Source: a candidate division FCPU426 bacterium | Lineage (GTDB): Bacteria; Oederibacteriota; JAAXVQ01; JAUVAV01 | Length of the DNA: 64,000 nt | Assembly: GCA_040756875.1 (NCBI GenBank) | Contig: JBFLYH010000003.1 | Span: 256,001-320,000 of the forward strand | Reading direction: 5' to 3' | Shown: positions 37,504 through 47,240 of the stretch, one piece after another | Layout: each line of letters opens with the position of its first letter | How positions within the stretch are numbered: position 1 is the first letter of the stretch | Notes under the pieces: generated by a model | What the model was told of the DNA's origin: nothing | The model's database searches: none | The model's input: only the letters and a program-made list of their open reading frames with translations | Translations under genes and position numbers: made by a program

Positions 37504-39219
37504 CTATATTTTTCCCAGGTATTCGAACAAGCGGCCGATGATGCGCGCTTTGGCATTCCGATTATTTTTATCCATTAAATACCAATTGTCCAGCCCGAGA
37601 ATCGGCGGCACGGCCGGCGGGCGCCAATGCTCCGCGTATTCCGGCATCTTCATCCCCAAGGGCGCCTCCTGCCAGCGGCTGATGAATTCCTGTGCTCCCG
37701 TCTCATCACCGGCTTCCGCCCCAAATCGGCACAGACACCAGGCCAGTTCATACGCCAAGGCAAATTGGTTGAAATCCAAATGGGGCAGGAGCTCCAGGCG
37801 CGCCGTTTTTTCCGGATTCCAATCCGGATTGTCCATGGCATTGGCTATTAAAAAAACCCTGAAAACTCTCGTAGCCCTGACATTCTTGCCGTCGTTGGTG
37901 TACCATTCGAATTCATCCAGCCCTTGAATCCCATACTCCGCCGCCTGCCGGTGGAGCCGTGAATCCGGTTTGACCTGGATGGGCGAAACGTAAATAAAAT
38001 GAACGTAAGGCATATTCCGGTGGGAGCGTATGAAGCGGATGTTATTCAGTATGTCGTCCGGCGTCTCACCGGGGAAACCCACGATAAGCGGTAAGTAACT
38101 ATGAATCCCCTGGCTGGCGGCATCGGCCAAGACTTCTTCGACCGTCTCCAGGTCGAATTGCTTTTGCATCGCATCCAGCACGGGCTGGCTGGCGTTTTCG
38201 AAGCCCCAAAAGCAATACCTGCACCCTGCGGCCCCCATTTTTTCCCATAGCGGGCGGGGTATTTTCCGGGAAAATGAAGCCTGGATGCCCCAGACCATGC
38301 CGAACTGCTCGCGAATCATAAGATCGCAGAGTTCCCCGACCGCTTTCAGGCTGCCGTTGAAAATCGAATCATTGAAGCGCGCCACCGGGGCCGTTCCTGT
38401 TTTCGCCGCCTGTGGCAAAGCGCCTTTGATCTCCGCGATGACGCTCTGTGGTTTCCGGACCCGGAACCGCTTGAAATGCGACCGTTCGTTGCAGAAAGCG
38501 CATTGGTTGATACAGCCGCGGGTGAAAAACGTGGAGAATTGTCCGGGATCCTGGTAGTGCTTGAAATCAAAGTGGGAGTAATCCGCGGTCACGCCGTCCT
38601 GCAGGTCCGGCAGGGGCGGTTCGCCGGTGTCGACCAGCTCGCCTTGTTTTTCATATCCGAAACCCGCCAAACGGGTTTCGCAGCTCCGGGTGCGCGCGTA
38701 TTCGCGCAAAAAAGCCGGCAGGGCGATTTCCGCTTCGCCCCGGAGGATCAAATCCGGGCGATAATCGGACCGGGAAAGGAACCGCAGGCCGAATTCCCCG
38801 GAAAAGCATTCGGAACCGCCAAAAATCACAGGCAGCGAGGGGGCGAGGTCCGAGAGCAGCTTGGCCGCCCAAATGGAAAAATATCGCGACTGCTGGTTGA
38901 CACTGAATCCCGCCAGTTCGAACGTTTCCCGGCCAAATGCTTCGGCGAATATCCTCTCCAGCACCGGCGCGTATTTGCCGTAAAAAGCAGCCGCTTCCGC
39001 CTCCGTCCGCCGGTAGAACTCCAGGTCTCCCCAAGCCGGCTGGTCGGCGGCATTCGCCTGGCGATAGAGCAGGATGTTCAGATCCAGCACCCGGCAGTCC
39101 CACCCCGCGCTGCGGATAATCCCCGCTACGTAAGCCAGGGAATATGGAGGCGTGGCGACATCCCAGATCGGCGCCTGGATCAGTAAAAATTTCGGCTGTT
39201 GGCCCGGTTGGCTGTTCAT
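37504..39219 (-). CDS. B12-binding radical SAM enzyme
   Basis: PPYSLAY, DLNI, AGFS, IFGG, GEAE, TRGCINQCAFC, GFENAS, IVGFPGET. Confidence 0.87.
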   Translation of the reverse strand: MNSQPGQQPKFLLIQAPIWDVATPPYSLAYVAGIIRSAGWDCRVLDLNILLYRQANAADQPAWGDLEFYRRTEAEAAAFYGKYAPVLERIFAEAFGRETFELAGFSVNQQSRYFSIWAAKLLSDLAPSLPVIFGGSECFSGEFGLRFLSRSDYRPDLILRGEAEIALPAFLREYARTRSCETRLAGFGYEKQGELVDTGEPPLPDLQDGVTADYSHFDFKHYQDPGQFSTFFTRGCINQCAFCNERSHFKRFRVRKPQSVIAEIKGALPQAAKTGTAPVARFNDSIFNGSLKAVGELCDLMIREQFGMVWGIQASFSRKIPRPLWEKMGAAGCRYCFWGFENASQPVLDAMQKQFDLETVEEVLADAASQGIHSYLPLIVGFPGETPDDILNNIRFIRSHRNMPYVHFIYVSPIQVKPDSRLHRQAAEYGIQGLDEFEWYTNDGKNVRATRVFRVFLIANAMDNPDWNPEKTARLELLPHLDFNQFALAYELAWCLCRFGAEAGDETGAQEFISRWQEAPLGMKMPEYAEHWRPPAVPPILGLDNWYLMDKNNRNAKARIIGRLFEYLGKI

Positions 39220-39221
39220 CC

Positions 39222-40295
39222 TCAACCGTTTCGTCCGTTCAGAATGTCCCGGGTGCGGCGGCCGGCTTTTTTCGCCAGGCGGCCGAGGCGCCGCCACCAG
39301 CGCTGTTCGGGCAACAGGCGCCGCCGGAGTTGTTTCATAGTCAAGTCGTAGGGTTCCTCGGCGGGCAGCCAGCGGGGATCAACAAAGGCCCGGCGCAGGA
39401 AGGCGGGGATTTTCTCGCCGCTGTCCAGGAAATCATAACTCCGCGGCATTTGGCGGTAAGCCGCCTCCCCGTGGGCCTCCAGCAGTCGGGCATAAGTCGC
39501 TCCCAGCTCCCGGGCCAGCAGCTTGTTTCCGGCGACCCAGCGGTCAACGGCCCAGAAATACACCCCCTGGTCGAACCCCGAGAAATGCACAAACCTGACC
39601 GGCCGGCGGTTGGCAAAAAGGCGCCCGCCGCGCCGCGTCAGTTTCCTTTCCTGCAAGGCCCAGGTGGCGACGTTGTAGCCTGGGTCGCGCAGCAGGTGAA
39701 CCTCGAAAAAAGCCGGCGCCAGATCCACCCATTTCTGGTCGGTGAACAGGCCGTTGGCCCGGTCGTCGTAGCAGGCATGCCGGAGGCGTTCGCTCCACCA
39801 TTCCAAAAAACGCGCCGCCTCGGCCGAGCGCCGCAACCCCAGGAACCCCAGGTTGAAAACGCCGTGGTTCAGGCAGCTTTCCTCCATTTCCAGGTTGCCC
39901 GGCTCCAGCAGATGCGGCGTCAGCACAAGGGGATGCCGTTCCAGCAGCCTGCCCAGTTCCCGTAAATCCGAGGTCACCATGACATCCGGGTCCAGATAAA
40001 CGAATTGGTTTTCCCGTGGAAAGTGCGCCAGCAAATACTGCAGCAACCGGGCCTTGATCGCCGTGGCCCCTTCCACCCGGCTATGGCTGATGATATAACG
40101 TCCGAAATGCTTCCAGCCCAGGTCGCGCGCCAGGACCCACTCGTCCACAGCGGCGGTTTCAGGCATGCGCTCAGGTCGTGCTTTTTCGACCAGGCAGAAG
40201 ACGGTTCGGGCCCGCGGGTGATGGCGCTTCAGCGTTTCCGCCAGTACGGCGGATTTGGCCAGATAATTCGCGCACACGCTGGTGCAGACGATCAT
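39222..40295 (-). CDS. Glycosyltransferase (GT-A, GT8-like)
   Basis: NYLAK, YLDPD (DxD), LTPH, FNLGF, FTDQKW, YNVATW, HFSG. Confidence 0.8.
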   Translation of the reverse strand: MIVCTSVCANYLAKSAVLAETLKRHHPRARTVFCLVEKARPERMPETAAVDEWVLARDLGWKHFGRYIISHSRVEGATAIKARLLQYLLAHFPRENQFVYLDPDVMVTSDLRELGRLLERHPLVLTPHLLEPGNLEMEESCLNHGVFNLGFLGLRRSAEAARFLEWWSERLRHACYDDRANGLFTDQKWVDLAPAFFEVHLLRDPGYNVATWALQERKLTRRGGRLFANRRPVRFVHFSGFDQGVYFWAVDRWVAGNKLLARELGATYARLLEAHGEAAYRQMPRSYDFLDSGEKIPAFLRRAFVDPRWLPAEEPYDLTMKQLRRRLLPEQRWWRRLGRLAKKAGRRTRDILNGRNG

Positions 40296-41206
40296 TTTCC
40301 CAACCCCCGTCTGAATCGCCGCCATCCCCGGACGGATCGGACCAGGCCGCCGAACAGGCCGTGATAAAGCGCATGCAGCCACGGCACCTGAACCAGGCGT
40401 TTCTCGACTTTTAGGGCCGGAGATTTTCCAATCAGGCGGTGGAGATGGTTGTTTTGACGGGCCATGGCCACCCGGTTCTGAAAAAAGCGGAGCATGTTTT
40501 CCTTGCGTCCAAACAGGCGCGGATGGTTGAAAAAGATCCGCGTGAACATTTCCGCCTCTTTGCCGTCCCTTAGCATCCGAGTGGTCCGCGATTCTTTCCG
40601 CACACGGCAATAAAACATTATCCGATTGATGCGCACAACCTGCCGTTCATCCTGTTCCAGGAGGGAAAGCCAGAAATCGTAGTCCTCCATTCCATCCGTC
40701 ATGTTGGCGTTGTAGCCGCCCGCCCGTTTCCAGGATTTTTTACGGTATAGGGCGGAGTTGAAAATAACATTATCAAAGAGCATCTTTTCGAAGGAATAAT
40801 CGGGAAGGATCCATTCTTCCTCGCGGGCGCCGAAAAGCCGGGCCCGGCAATAGACGATCCCGACCCCTTTGTCCCTCTCCATGACCTCTACGGCTTTTTT
40901 AACGTAGGCGGGAGCGATTTTGTCGTCCGCGTCCAGGGGCAGAATATATTCGCCCCGGGCCCGGGCAATGCCGGCGTTGCGCGCCCGGGCAGGCCCGCCG
41001 TGGACGATCCGAAAAACCGTCGTATGGGGACGCTGGTATTGCTTTAAAAGCCGGCAGGTGGCCCGGTCGGTTGAACCGTCGTCGACCACGATGATTTCCA
41101 TCCGCGGGTACGTCTGGTTCAAAACCGACGCCACGGCCTCGTCCAGGTAAAGGCCGTCGTTATAGCAAGGAATTATCACGCTGACCAAAGGCATGGTTTT
41201 ATTCAC
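40292..41206 (-). CDS. Glycosyltransferase family 2
   Basis: VSVIIPCYN, VDDGSTD, LPLDADD, EDYDFW. Confidence 0.93.
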   Translation of the reverse strand: MNKTMPLVSVIIPCYNDGLYLDEAVASVLNQTYPRMEIIVVDDGSTDRATCRLLKQYQRPHTTVFRIVHGGPARARNAGIARARGEYILPLDADDKIAPAYVKKAVEVMERDKGVGIVYCRARLFGAREEEWILPDYSFEKMLFDNVIFNSALYRKKSWKRAGGYNANMTDGMEDYDFWLSLLEQDERQVVRINRIMFYCRVRKESRTTRMLRDGKEAEMFTRIFFNHPRLFGRKENMLRFFQNRVAMARQNNHLHRLIGKSPALKVEKRLVQVPWLHALYHGLFGGLVRSVRGWRRFRRGLGK

Positions 41207-41259
41207 TTTTCATCCCCTGCCCTGTGCATTTGATTCCGGCGTTGGGCCAGGAACCGGCT

Positions 41260-42000
41260 TCAATGCGCCCGGGTGTATGCTTCCACGATCGCATCGGTCG
41301 GTCCGATCATTTTAATGCCATGGTCTTCCAGCCAGACCACGCGATCGCACATTTCCCTCACCTGCTCCATGGAATGGGAGACGAAGATGATGGTGATTCC
41401 GCTTTTTTTATAGGCATAGGCTTTGGCTTGGCATTTTTTTTGGAATTCCATGTCTCCGACCGTGAATATTTCGTCCACCAGGAGGATCTCGGGATCCAGA
41501 AAACCGACCACGGAAAAACCGAGCCGGGCGATCATACCCGTGGAGTAGGTTCGCAGCGGCTGGTCTATAAAAAGTTCCAATTCAGAGAAAGCGATAATCT
41601 CGCCCATTTTCTCCACAACGGCCCGCCGGGTCAGGCCGAGGAGAATGCCGTTGAGCAGGATGTTTTCCCTGCCCGTGAGTTCGGGATGAAAGCCAGCCCC
41701 CAGTTCCAGCAGCGGTGAAACGCGTCCGTTGATCTTGATACTGCCAGTAGTCGGCCGGATGACCTGGGCAATCAGCCCCAGCAGCGTGCTTTTGCCTGCG
41801 CCGTTCCGGCCGATGACGCCCAAGGTTTCACCGCGGCTGACGCTGAAACTGACGGATTTGAAAACTTCGTAGGGCCTCCGTCTCAGGTCCCGCCAATGGG
41901 CCGGAGCGTTAAACAGGAAGTGCTTGAACCCGCCCAGCAAGGGCCGGTAGTGGGGATACTGCTTGGAAACATTATCCAAAACGATCACAGGTTCGCTCAT
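41260..42000 (-). CDS. wzt: Polysaccharide ABC transporter ATP-binding subunit (246 aa, no C-terminal CBM)
   Basis: GRNGAGKST, LELGAGFHPELTGRENI, YSTGMIARLGF, VDE, VSH. Confidence 0.92.
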   Translation of the reverse strand: MSEPVIVLDNVSKQYPHYRPLLGGFKHFLFNAPAHWRDLRRRPYEVFKSVSFSVSRGETLGVIGRNGAGKSTLLGLIAQVIRPTTGSIKINGRVSPLLELGAGFHPELTGRENILLNGILLGLTRRAVVEKMGEIIAFSELELFIDQPLRTYSTGMIARLGFSVVGFLDPEILLVDEIFTVGDMEFQKKCQAKAYAYKKSGITIIFVSHSMEQVREMCDRVVWLEDHGIKMIGPTDAIVEAYTRAH

Positions 42001-42764
42001 AGGACCTCGGCAAACCTCCAGTTTAACCGTCCATACACCCATCTGCCCAGCGCATAGGACAGCGCGGCATAGGCCAGGCTGATGCCCAGCCAGTCCAGCG
42101 CCAGATAGCCTTCCAGGAAAAGTTTCTGCCAGCCAATGATCATCCCGGCGAAGGGGTTGGCATAGATCAGCCAGCGGAATTTCACGGGAACCATTTCCAG
42201 AGGATAGATGATCGGCGTAACGTAAAAAGCCAGGGTCAGCAGAATCGTCACCAGCCGCTCCAAATCCCGGAAGAACAGGTTGATGCTGGAAACCAGCAGC
42301 GCCAGGCCATAGGTCAGAAAGAATTGTACTCCCAGGAGCACCGGGATGCCGTAGATCCAGGCCGGCGAGGCGGGCTTGTGGAAAATGGCGATGAACAGCC
42401 AGATAACCGGGAGCGAAAGGATGTAATGCAGCATGTCCTGCAATACGCCGCTCAACGGCAGCACGCTCCGCGGAAACGCCACTTTCTTGATGATGCTGCT
42501 GTTTGAAAGGAACACCGTGGAAGCCACGCTGACGGAATTGGAGGTCCATTGCCAGGGAAAAACTCCGATGATCAAGAACAGGGCGAAAGCCTCCATGGGA
42601 ATCCGCACAATCACCTTGAACGCGAAGTAGTAGACCGCTGCCAGGGCCAGGGGATGGGCAATGGACCAAAAGTAACCCAGAAGGTTGTTTTGATATCGGA
42701 CCTTCAAATCCTTCCGGGTCATGACCAGCACGAGGTCCAGCCAATACCGCATTCTGGCGTTCAC
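41997..42764 (-). CDS. wzm: Polysaccharide ABC transporter permease
   Basis: DLKVRYQNNLLGYFWS, IKKVAFP, FFRDL, FYVTPIIYP. Confidence 0.92.
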   Translation of the reverse strand: MNARMRYWLDLVLVMTRKDLKVRYQNNLLGYFWSIAHPLALAAVYYFAFKVIVRIPMEAFALFLIIGVFPWQWTSNSVSVASTVFLSNSSIIKKVAFPRSVLPLSGVLQDMLHYILSLPVIWLFIAIFHKPASPAWIYGIPVLLGVQFFLTYGLALLVSSINLFFRDLERLVTILLTLAFYVTPIIYPLEMVPVKFRWLIYANPFAGMIIGWQKLFLEGYLALDWLGISLAYAALSYALGRWVYGRLNWRFAEVL

Positions 42765-45661
42765 GGTTTACCCCCGTGGAATTCCCGAATTTCCATCAAG
42801 CCGATGCTCCCGTAGGCGCCTGCCGGGCTGATATCCAGGCGCATATCCATGTTGGCCTCTCTGACTTCAATAAAAAAATACAGGTCATTCCACCCGGGCA
42901 GCAGGGTTCTCATCTGACCCGCGCCTTCATTATATGCTTTTTGACCGGCGGCAAAATAATAAAACGCGGCCGTGGCTTCTCCTGCGCTTTTGATCCGCGC
43001 ATGCAGGATGTACCGGCTGCCCACAGGCGCGGGCCTCCCCGGAATCGCAATGCGGGTCGCTGCTCCCGTCCGGTCTATCGTCATTTCCCCCGGGGCCCAC
43101 TTTAGGAGGGTGTTGGAACTGCCGAAGGTGAAGAGTTCCCGCAGGCGGCTGAGCGGCAGGTTTTCATACCAATCCCGCGGCAAACGGAGGGGTTCTTGGC
43201 CGGAACCATCGCCCAGAATTCCCAGTTCAACTGACCGCAGCCGATAGGTGCCGGGCTGACGGGCCGGATCAAAGCGCAACCCCCGGCGGACAACCTCTGC
43301 CGGCAGAACAAAACTCATCTGGTTCAGTCCTGCCTGCATTTTAACCGGCACGCTTCGCGCTTCGGTGAAGGCGGGGTCCTCGGCCCCAGGGTAAAACATA
43401 CGGCATTCTGTTTGTTGGTTGGATTCCACCAGCAGGTTGACCACGACCGGGTCCCCGGTTCCCGCTTCGATACCCGGAAGCAACAAAGTGGGATGATCGG
43501 TCTCGGCCTTCAACTCAAGTCCTTGCGGCGTGAGCTGGGATTTCATTCCTTCGCCGATTTGCACCCGGGCCAGGTTCTCCCCCGACCAGCTCGCCAGCGG
43601 GTAATAGGGATAAATAAAACCCGCCCTGGGGGCTTTCTGCGTCCTCAAGCCCCATCCCGCTTTTTTTCGCATATATAGCCGCCGGATCAGATAAACGCCG
43701 TTCTGGCAAGCCGGGTCCAGCCTGACGCCATAATTGATCGAGGCGGCTGGCAGCGTGAAATTCAGCCGGTTCGTTCCCGAATGAATCTGGCTGATGAGCG
43801 ACTGCTTTTCCGAATATTTTTCAGTCAGCGACCGCCGGTAATAAACCTGGCAAAGCGTTTCCTGCGGCGCTTCCATTTCCAACGACATAATGACATCACC
43901 GGTCTCCCCGAAATCCTTGCCCGGCAGAAAGAGCATGGGATCGTTTCCGTTAACCCAGAGTCGCAAGCCCTGAGGTTCCCGCCACATTTTTAAATCCCGG
44001 TTTCCGCTGATTGGCTGGCTTTGTTTGGGATAGTCGGATTCCCCGCCGCCCAGACTCGTGTCGTGAATCCAGAGCTGAACCTGGGAAAGCGGTTCCATCT
44101 CTCCGACCTGGTCGCATGTTTCCGCCTCGGGCCCGGGTTCAACTTTGAACACCCGCAGCGAATGGATCAGCACCTTTCCTGACGTTGACAGGGGGTCGAA
44201 GCGCAAGCCGGCGGCCAACTGCGCGGCCGACACCGGAAAATTAAGGTAATTCTGCCCGGCCTGAACTTCTTCCCAGATTTTATCGTCGTTCGAGAAAGAC
44301 TGCAGCGACGATTCGCGGAAGAAAAGCTCGCACGTGCTGCGGCAGCTGGCAACCATGTCAACCCGGAGCAGGTAATCCTTCTCCGCCGGCAGGCTCAGTT
44401 TGGGTAAATACAGCTTCATATCCATCCCGCGGGTGGAGAACTGCCAGCCTTCGGCGGACCGATCGATTTTAACGCTTTTCTTCTCGTCTTGCACCACCAG
44501 GGAATCCAGGGCGATGTCCTGCAGCAGCCTCGCGTTCAGCAGTCTGAGGAGTTTTCCCCATACAAAAGTGGCCTGGCGAGCGGCCACCTCCATGACGATG
44601 TGGTCATATTGCTTGCGTCCCTCTTTGTCCAGGGCATTGTCGAGGATGAAGTCGTCGTAATGCATGCACGTGAGGTCTTCGAAATATTGTCTTAACATGG
44701 GGCGCGCTTCGGCCAGCAAGGAGTCGTGCAGCAGCAAAGTGCGTCCGCCAATCAAGCGGCGGGTTGCGCTTCGCGAAAGATAATGGGCGGGCTTTTTCCA
44801 ATCTTTGTCCGGGGCGACTTCCTCCCTGATCAATTCCACTCCCCGGCGCCGAACCCCGTATTTTTGTTCGGGCTCGCGCAATGGACCCAATCCGGCCAGG
44901 GGCCCCAAGTCCGAGGATTTCTCGGTTTTTTCCCCCAGGACCACCTCGGCCGGGTCCCAAAGCCCGGGTTGAAACCGATCCACGACCGCCTGGACTAAAA
45001 CCAGCATGCCGCGGTTGGTGTGATGCGTGTCGAGCTTGAAAAAAACCGGTTCTGACAGCGAGCGTCTGGCCGTCAGATAGGGTTCCCGCATGTCTTGGAT
45101 TTCCGGCCCTTGAAAATCCCCGTAAAAATTCCGCAATATCTCCCGCCGGCGTCCGGCCCAGGCCGCCAAGCGGCTGAAAACCGGCCCTAATTTTTCCGGA
45201 TAAATCTCGTCCTTGTCCGGCCCGATAAAAAACGTCCAGTCAGGTTCCCCGGCTTCGCGGTGGCGCAGAAAATATTCCAGCATTTTCAAGGTGTGCCGGA
45301 TTTGCGTCGGGGATTCCCAGGGGCGGTAATAACCGCTTCTCACGAACAGCCAATGCTCCATGCCCCGGTCAGTTTGGCTGAACCGCCGTTCCCCCAAAGT
45401 ATAAGCCAGCCGATTCTTTTTGATAATGACATGTCCGCGGCCGGGAAAGCGGTCGCGCAGGGCCAGCGAAAACTGCTGGTAAGTGTTGACGTTGAAAAAG
45501 TCCTGCCAGGTCCCGATCTGCGGCCAGCCCTCCATGGACCGTTTTTCCATCTCCCGCACAAATAGGTCCTCCACATTGACGGGGGTGAATAACAAGCCCA
45601 GGGGTGAAAAAAGCACCGCCAGACAGAAGCAAGCAGCCAGGGTGTTGGTTATCTTTTTCAT
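42761..45661 (-). CDS. AlgJ/AlgX-like O-acetyltransferase with tandem C-terminal domains
   Basis: N-terminal TM, DRFPGR, PDKDEIYPE, DTHH, HDS, then repeated modules ending LRFDP/VRLDP. Confidence 0.75.
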   Translation of the reverse strand: MKKITNTLAACFCLAVLFSPLGLLFTPVNVEDLFVREMEKRSMEGWPQIGTWQDFFNVNTYQQFSLALRDRFPGRGHVIIKKNRLAYTLGERRFSQTDRGMEHWLFVRSGYYRPWESPTQIRHTLKMLEYFLRHREAGEPDWTFFIGPDKDEIYPEKLGPVFSRLAAWAGRRREILRNFYGDFQGPEIQDMREPYLTARRSLSEPVFFKLDTHHTNRGMLVLVQAVVDRFQPGLWDPAEVVLGEKTEKSSDLGPLAGLGPLREPEQKYGVRRRGVELIREEVAPDKDWKKPAHYLSRSATRRLIGGRTLLLHDSLLAEARPMLRQYFEDLTCMHYDDFILDNALDKEGRKQYDHIVMEVAARQATFVWGKLLRLLNARLLQDIALDSLVVQDEKKSVKIDRSAEGWQFSTRGMDMKLYLPKLSLPAEKDYLLRVDMVASCRSTCELFFRESSLQSFSNDDKIWEEVQAGQNYLNFPVSAAQLAAGLRFDPLSTSGKVLIHSLRVFKVEPGPEAETCDQVGEMEPLSQVQLWIHDTSLGGGESDYPKQSQPISGNRDLKMWREPQGLRLWVNGNDPMLFLPGKDFGETGDVIMSLEMEAPQETLCQVYYRRSLTEKYSEKQSLISQIHSGTNRLNFTLPAASINYGVRLDPACQNGVYLIRRLYMRKKAGWGLRTQKAPRAGFIYPYYPLASWSGENLARVQIGEGMKSQLTPQGLELKAETDHPTLLLPGIEAGTGDPVVVNLLVESNQQTECRMFYPGAEDPAFTEARSVPVKMQAGLNQMSFVLPAEVVRRGLRFDPARQPGTYRLRSVELGILGDGSGQEPLRLPRDWYENLPLSRLRELFTFGSSNTLLKWAPGEMTIDRTGAATRIAIPGRPAPVGSRYILHARIKSAGEATAAFYYFAAGQKAYNEGAGQMRTLLPGWNDLYFFIEVREANMDMRLDISPAGAYGSIGLMEIREFHGGKP

Positions 45662-45663
45662 GG

Positions 45664-47100
45664 TTAAAATTTAAAGTAGATGAATGGAATATAATTGCTG
45701 CTAATCACCATCATGACCGCCGCTGCCAGGCCTATCGTGGCCAGGGAAAGCCTGAGCCACCCGGCCAGACGCGAGTCCGACTGGTCAAGAAACCGACCCA
45801 TGCTTTCCTTGAACGGCAAAAGCACCAATAATCCTCCTAAAACCAAGGTGGCCAGGCTCTGAACGCTGATTTCCGCCAACCAGGGAAACGGCTGAACGGT
45901 CTCCGCCATTCCGAACAGGGCTTGGTAGTAATACCAAATATGGTCAGCTTCCTTGGCCCGGAACATCACCATGCCCATTAAAACAAAGAACATCGCGACG
46001 AGGCGTTGCAGTCCCGGATGCTTGAAATCCTCGGCGAACCGCTTGCCGGTCATCCGCTCCCAGCACAGAAAAACGCCGTGGTATGCCCCGAAAATGATAT
46101 ACGTCCAATTGGCCCCGTGCCAAAAACCCACTAAGGTAAAAACCGTAAACAAGTTGAAGAATTGCCGCCACGTGGCGACCCGCGACCCTCCCAGGGGGAT
46201 GTACACATAGTCCCGAAACCAGGTCGAAAGCGAAATGTGCCAGCGCCGCCAAAAATCCGTGAAACTGACCGCCATATACGGCCGGTTGAAGTTTTCCCGG
46301 AAATGAAACCCGAACACCCTCCCCAACCCGATCGCCATGTCCGAATATCCCGAAAAATCGAAATACACCTGCAGCGTAAACGCCACCAATCCCAGCCACG
46401 CCAGCCCGGCCCCCAGCCCCTGGTCCAGACCGAACGCCTGGTCCGCGATCATCCCGATCGGGTCCGCGATCACCGCTTTCTTGAACAGCCCCAGCATGAA
46501 GCGGACCAGCCCCGAGGCGACGTTGTCCCAGGTGTGTTGCCGCGACTTGACCTGCGGCTCGATCTCGTCATAGCGCACGATCGGCCCCGCGATCAGCTGC
46601 GGAAACATCGACAAGTACATGCCCATGTCCACGGGATTCTTGATGACCCCGACATGCCCCCGGTAGACGTCGATGACGTAGCTGAGCGCCTGAAACGTGA
46701 AAAAGGAGATGCCGATGGGCAGCAGGATGCCCGGATTCGGAAACGGCCGGACCTGGGGCAGGATCCAAAAGATCACCTGGTCCAGCTGTTCGACCAGGAA
46801 GTTGGCGTATTTGTAATAGCCCAGCAGGGCCAGGTTCATGACGATGGCCAGGGTCAGCCAGGCTTTTTTCACGGCAGGCTGCTGCTTTCGATCCGCCCGG
46901 TTGATCAGCAGGCCAAACATCCAGTTCCCCGCGATCGAAGCCATGAAAACCAAAACGACTTCGCCCGCGCCCCACATATAGAACAACAGGCTCATGACCA
47001 GCAGGACGGTGTTTTTCCACCAGACCGGTTTAAATCCAAAATACAAAATAAAAACCAGCGGCAGAAAACAAAAAAGAAAAACAATCGAAGAAAAAACCAC
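45664..47100 (-). CDS. MBOAT family O-acyltransferase (AlgI/DltB-like)
   Basis: LPIGISFFTFQ, FPQLIAGPIVR, DFSGYSDMAIG, FWRRWHISLS, GFWHGA, FIYFKF. Confidence 0.95.
   Translation of the reverse strand: MVFSSIVFLFCFLPLVFILYFGFKPVWWKNTVLLVMSLLFYMWGAGEVVLVFMASIAGNWMFGLLINRADRKQQPAVKKAWLTLAIVMNLALLGYYKYANFLVEQLDQVIFWILPQVRPFPNPGILLPIGISFFTFQALSYVIDVYRGHVGVIKNPVDMGMYLSMFPQLIAGPIVRYDEIEPQVKSRQHTWDNVASGLVRFMLGLFKKAVIADPIGMIADQAFGLDQGLGAGLAWLGLVAFTLQVYFDFSGYSDMAIGLGRVFGFHFRENFNRPYMAVSFTDFWRRWHISLSTWFRDYVYIPLGGSRVATWRQFFNLFTVFTLVGFWHGANWTYIIFGAYHGVFLCWERMTGKRFAEDFKHPGLQRLVAMFFVLMGMVMFRAKEADHIWYYYQALFGMAETVQPFPWLAEISVQSLATLVLGGLLVLLPFKESMGRFLDQSDSRLAGWLRLSLATIGLAAAVMMVISSNYIPFIYFKF
46178..47021. repeat. 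844-bp apparently identical tract, copy 1 (inside MBOAT gene)
   Basis: Matches 50683-51526 (offset 4505); overlapping ORFs in several frames translate identically. Confidence 0.9.
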
Positions 47101-47138
47101 CGCTTTATGCTCCTATGCTTTCAGTGAAGTAATCCCCC

Positions 47139-47240
47139 GGACTATGTCCGGGGCTCCCCCCTCCGCAAAAATCCCGCAATCCTCTCCCTGGTCAGCGGTC
47201 CCGATGGGAGCTGAAGCCCGGGGATTCATGTGGAGGGATT
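47139..47240. repeat. Dispersed structured repeat, copy 2
   Basis: CCTCCGC...CCGCAATCCTCTCCC...GCGGTCCC-gat-GGGAGCTGAAGCCCGG...GGAGGGATT. Confidence 0.7.
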
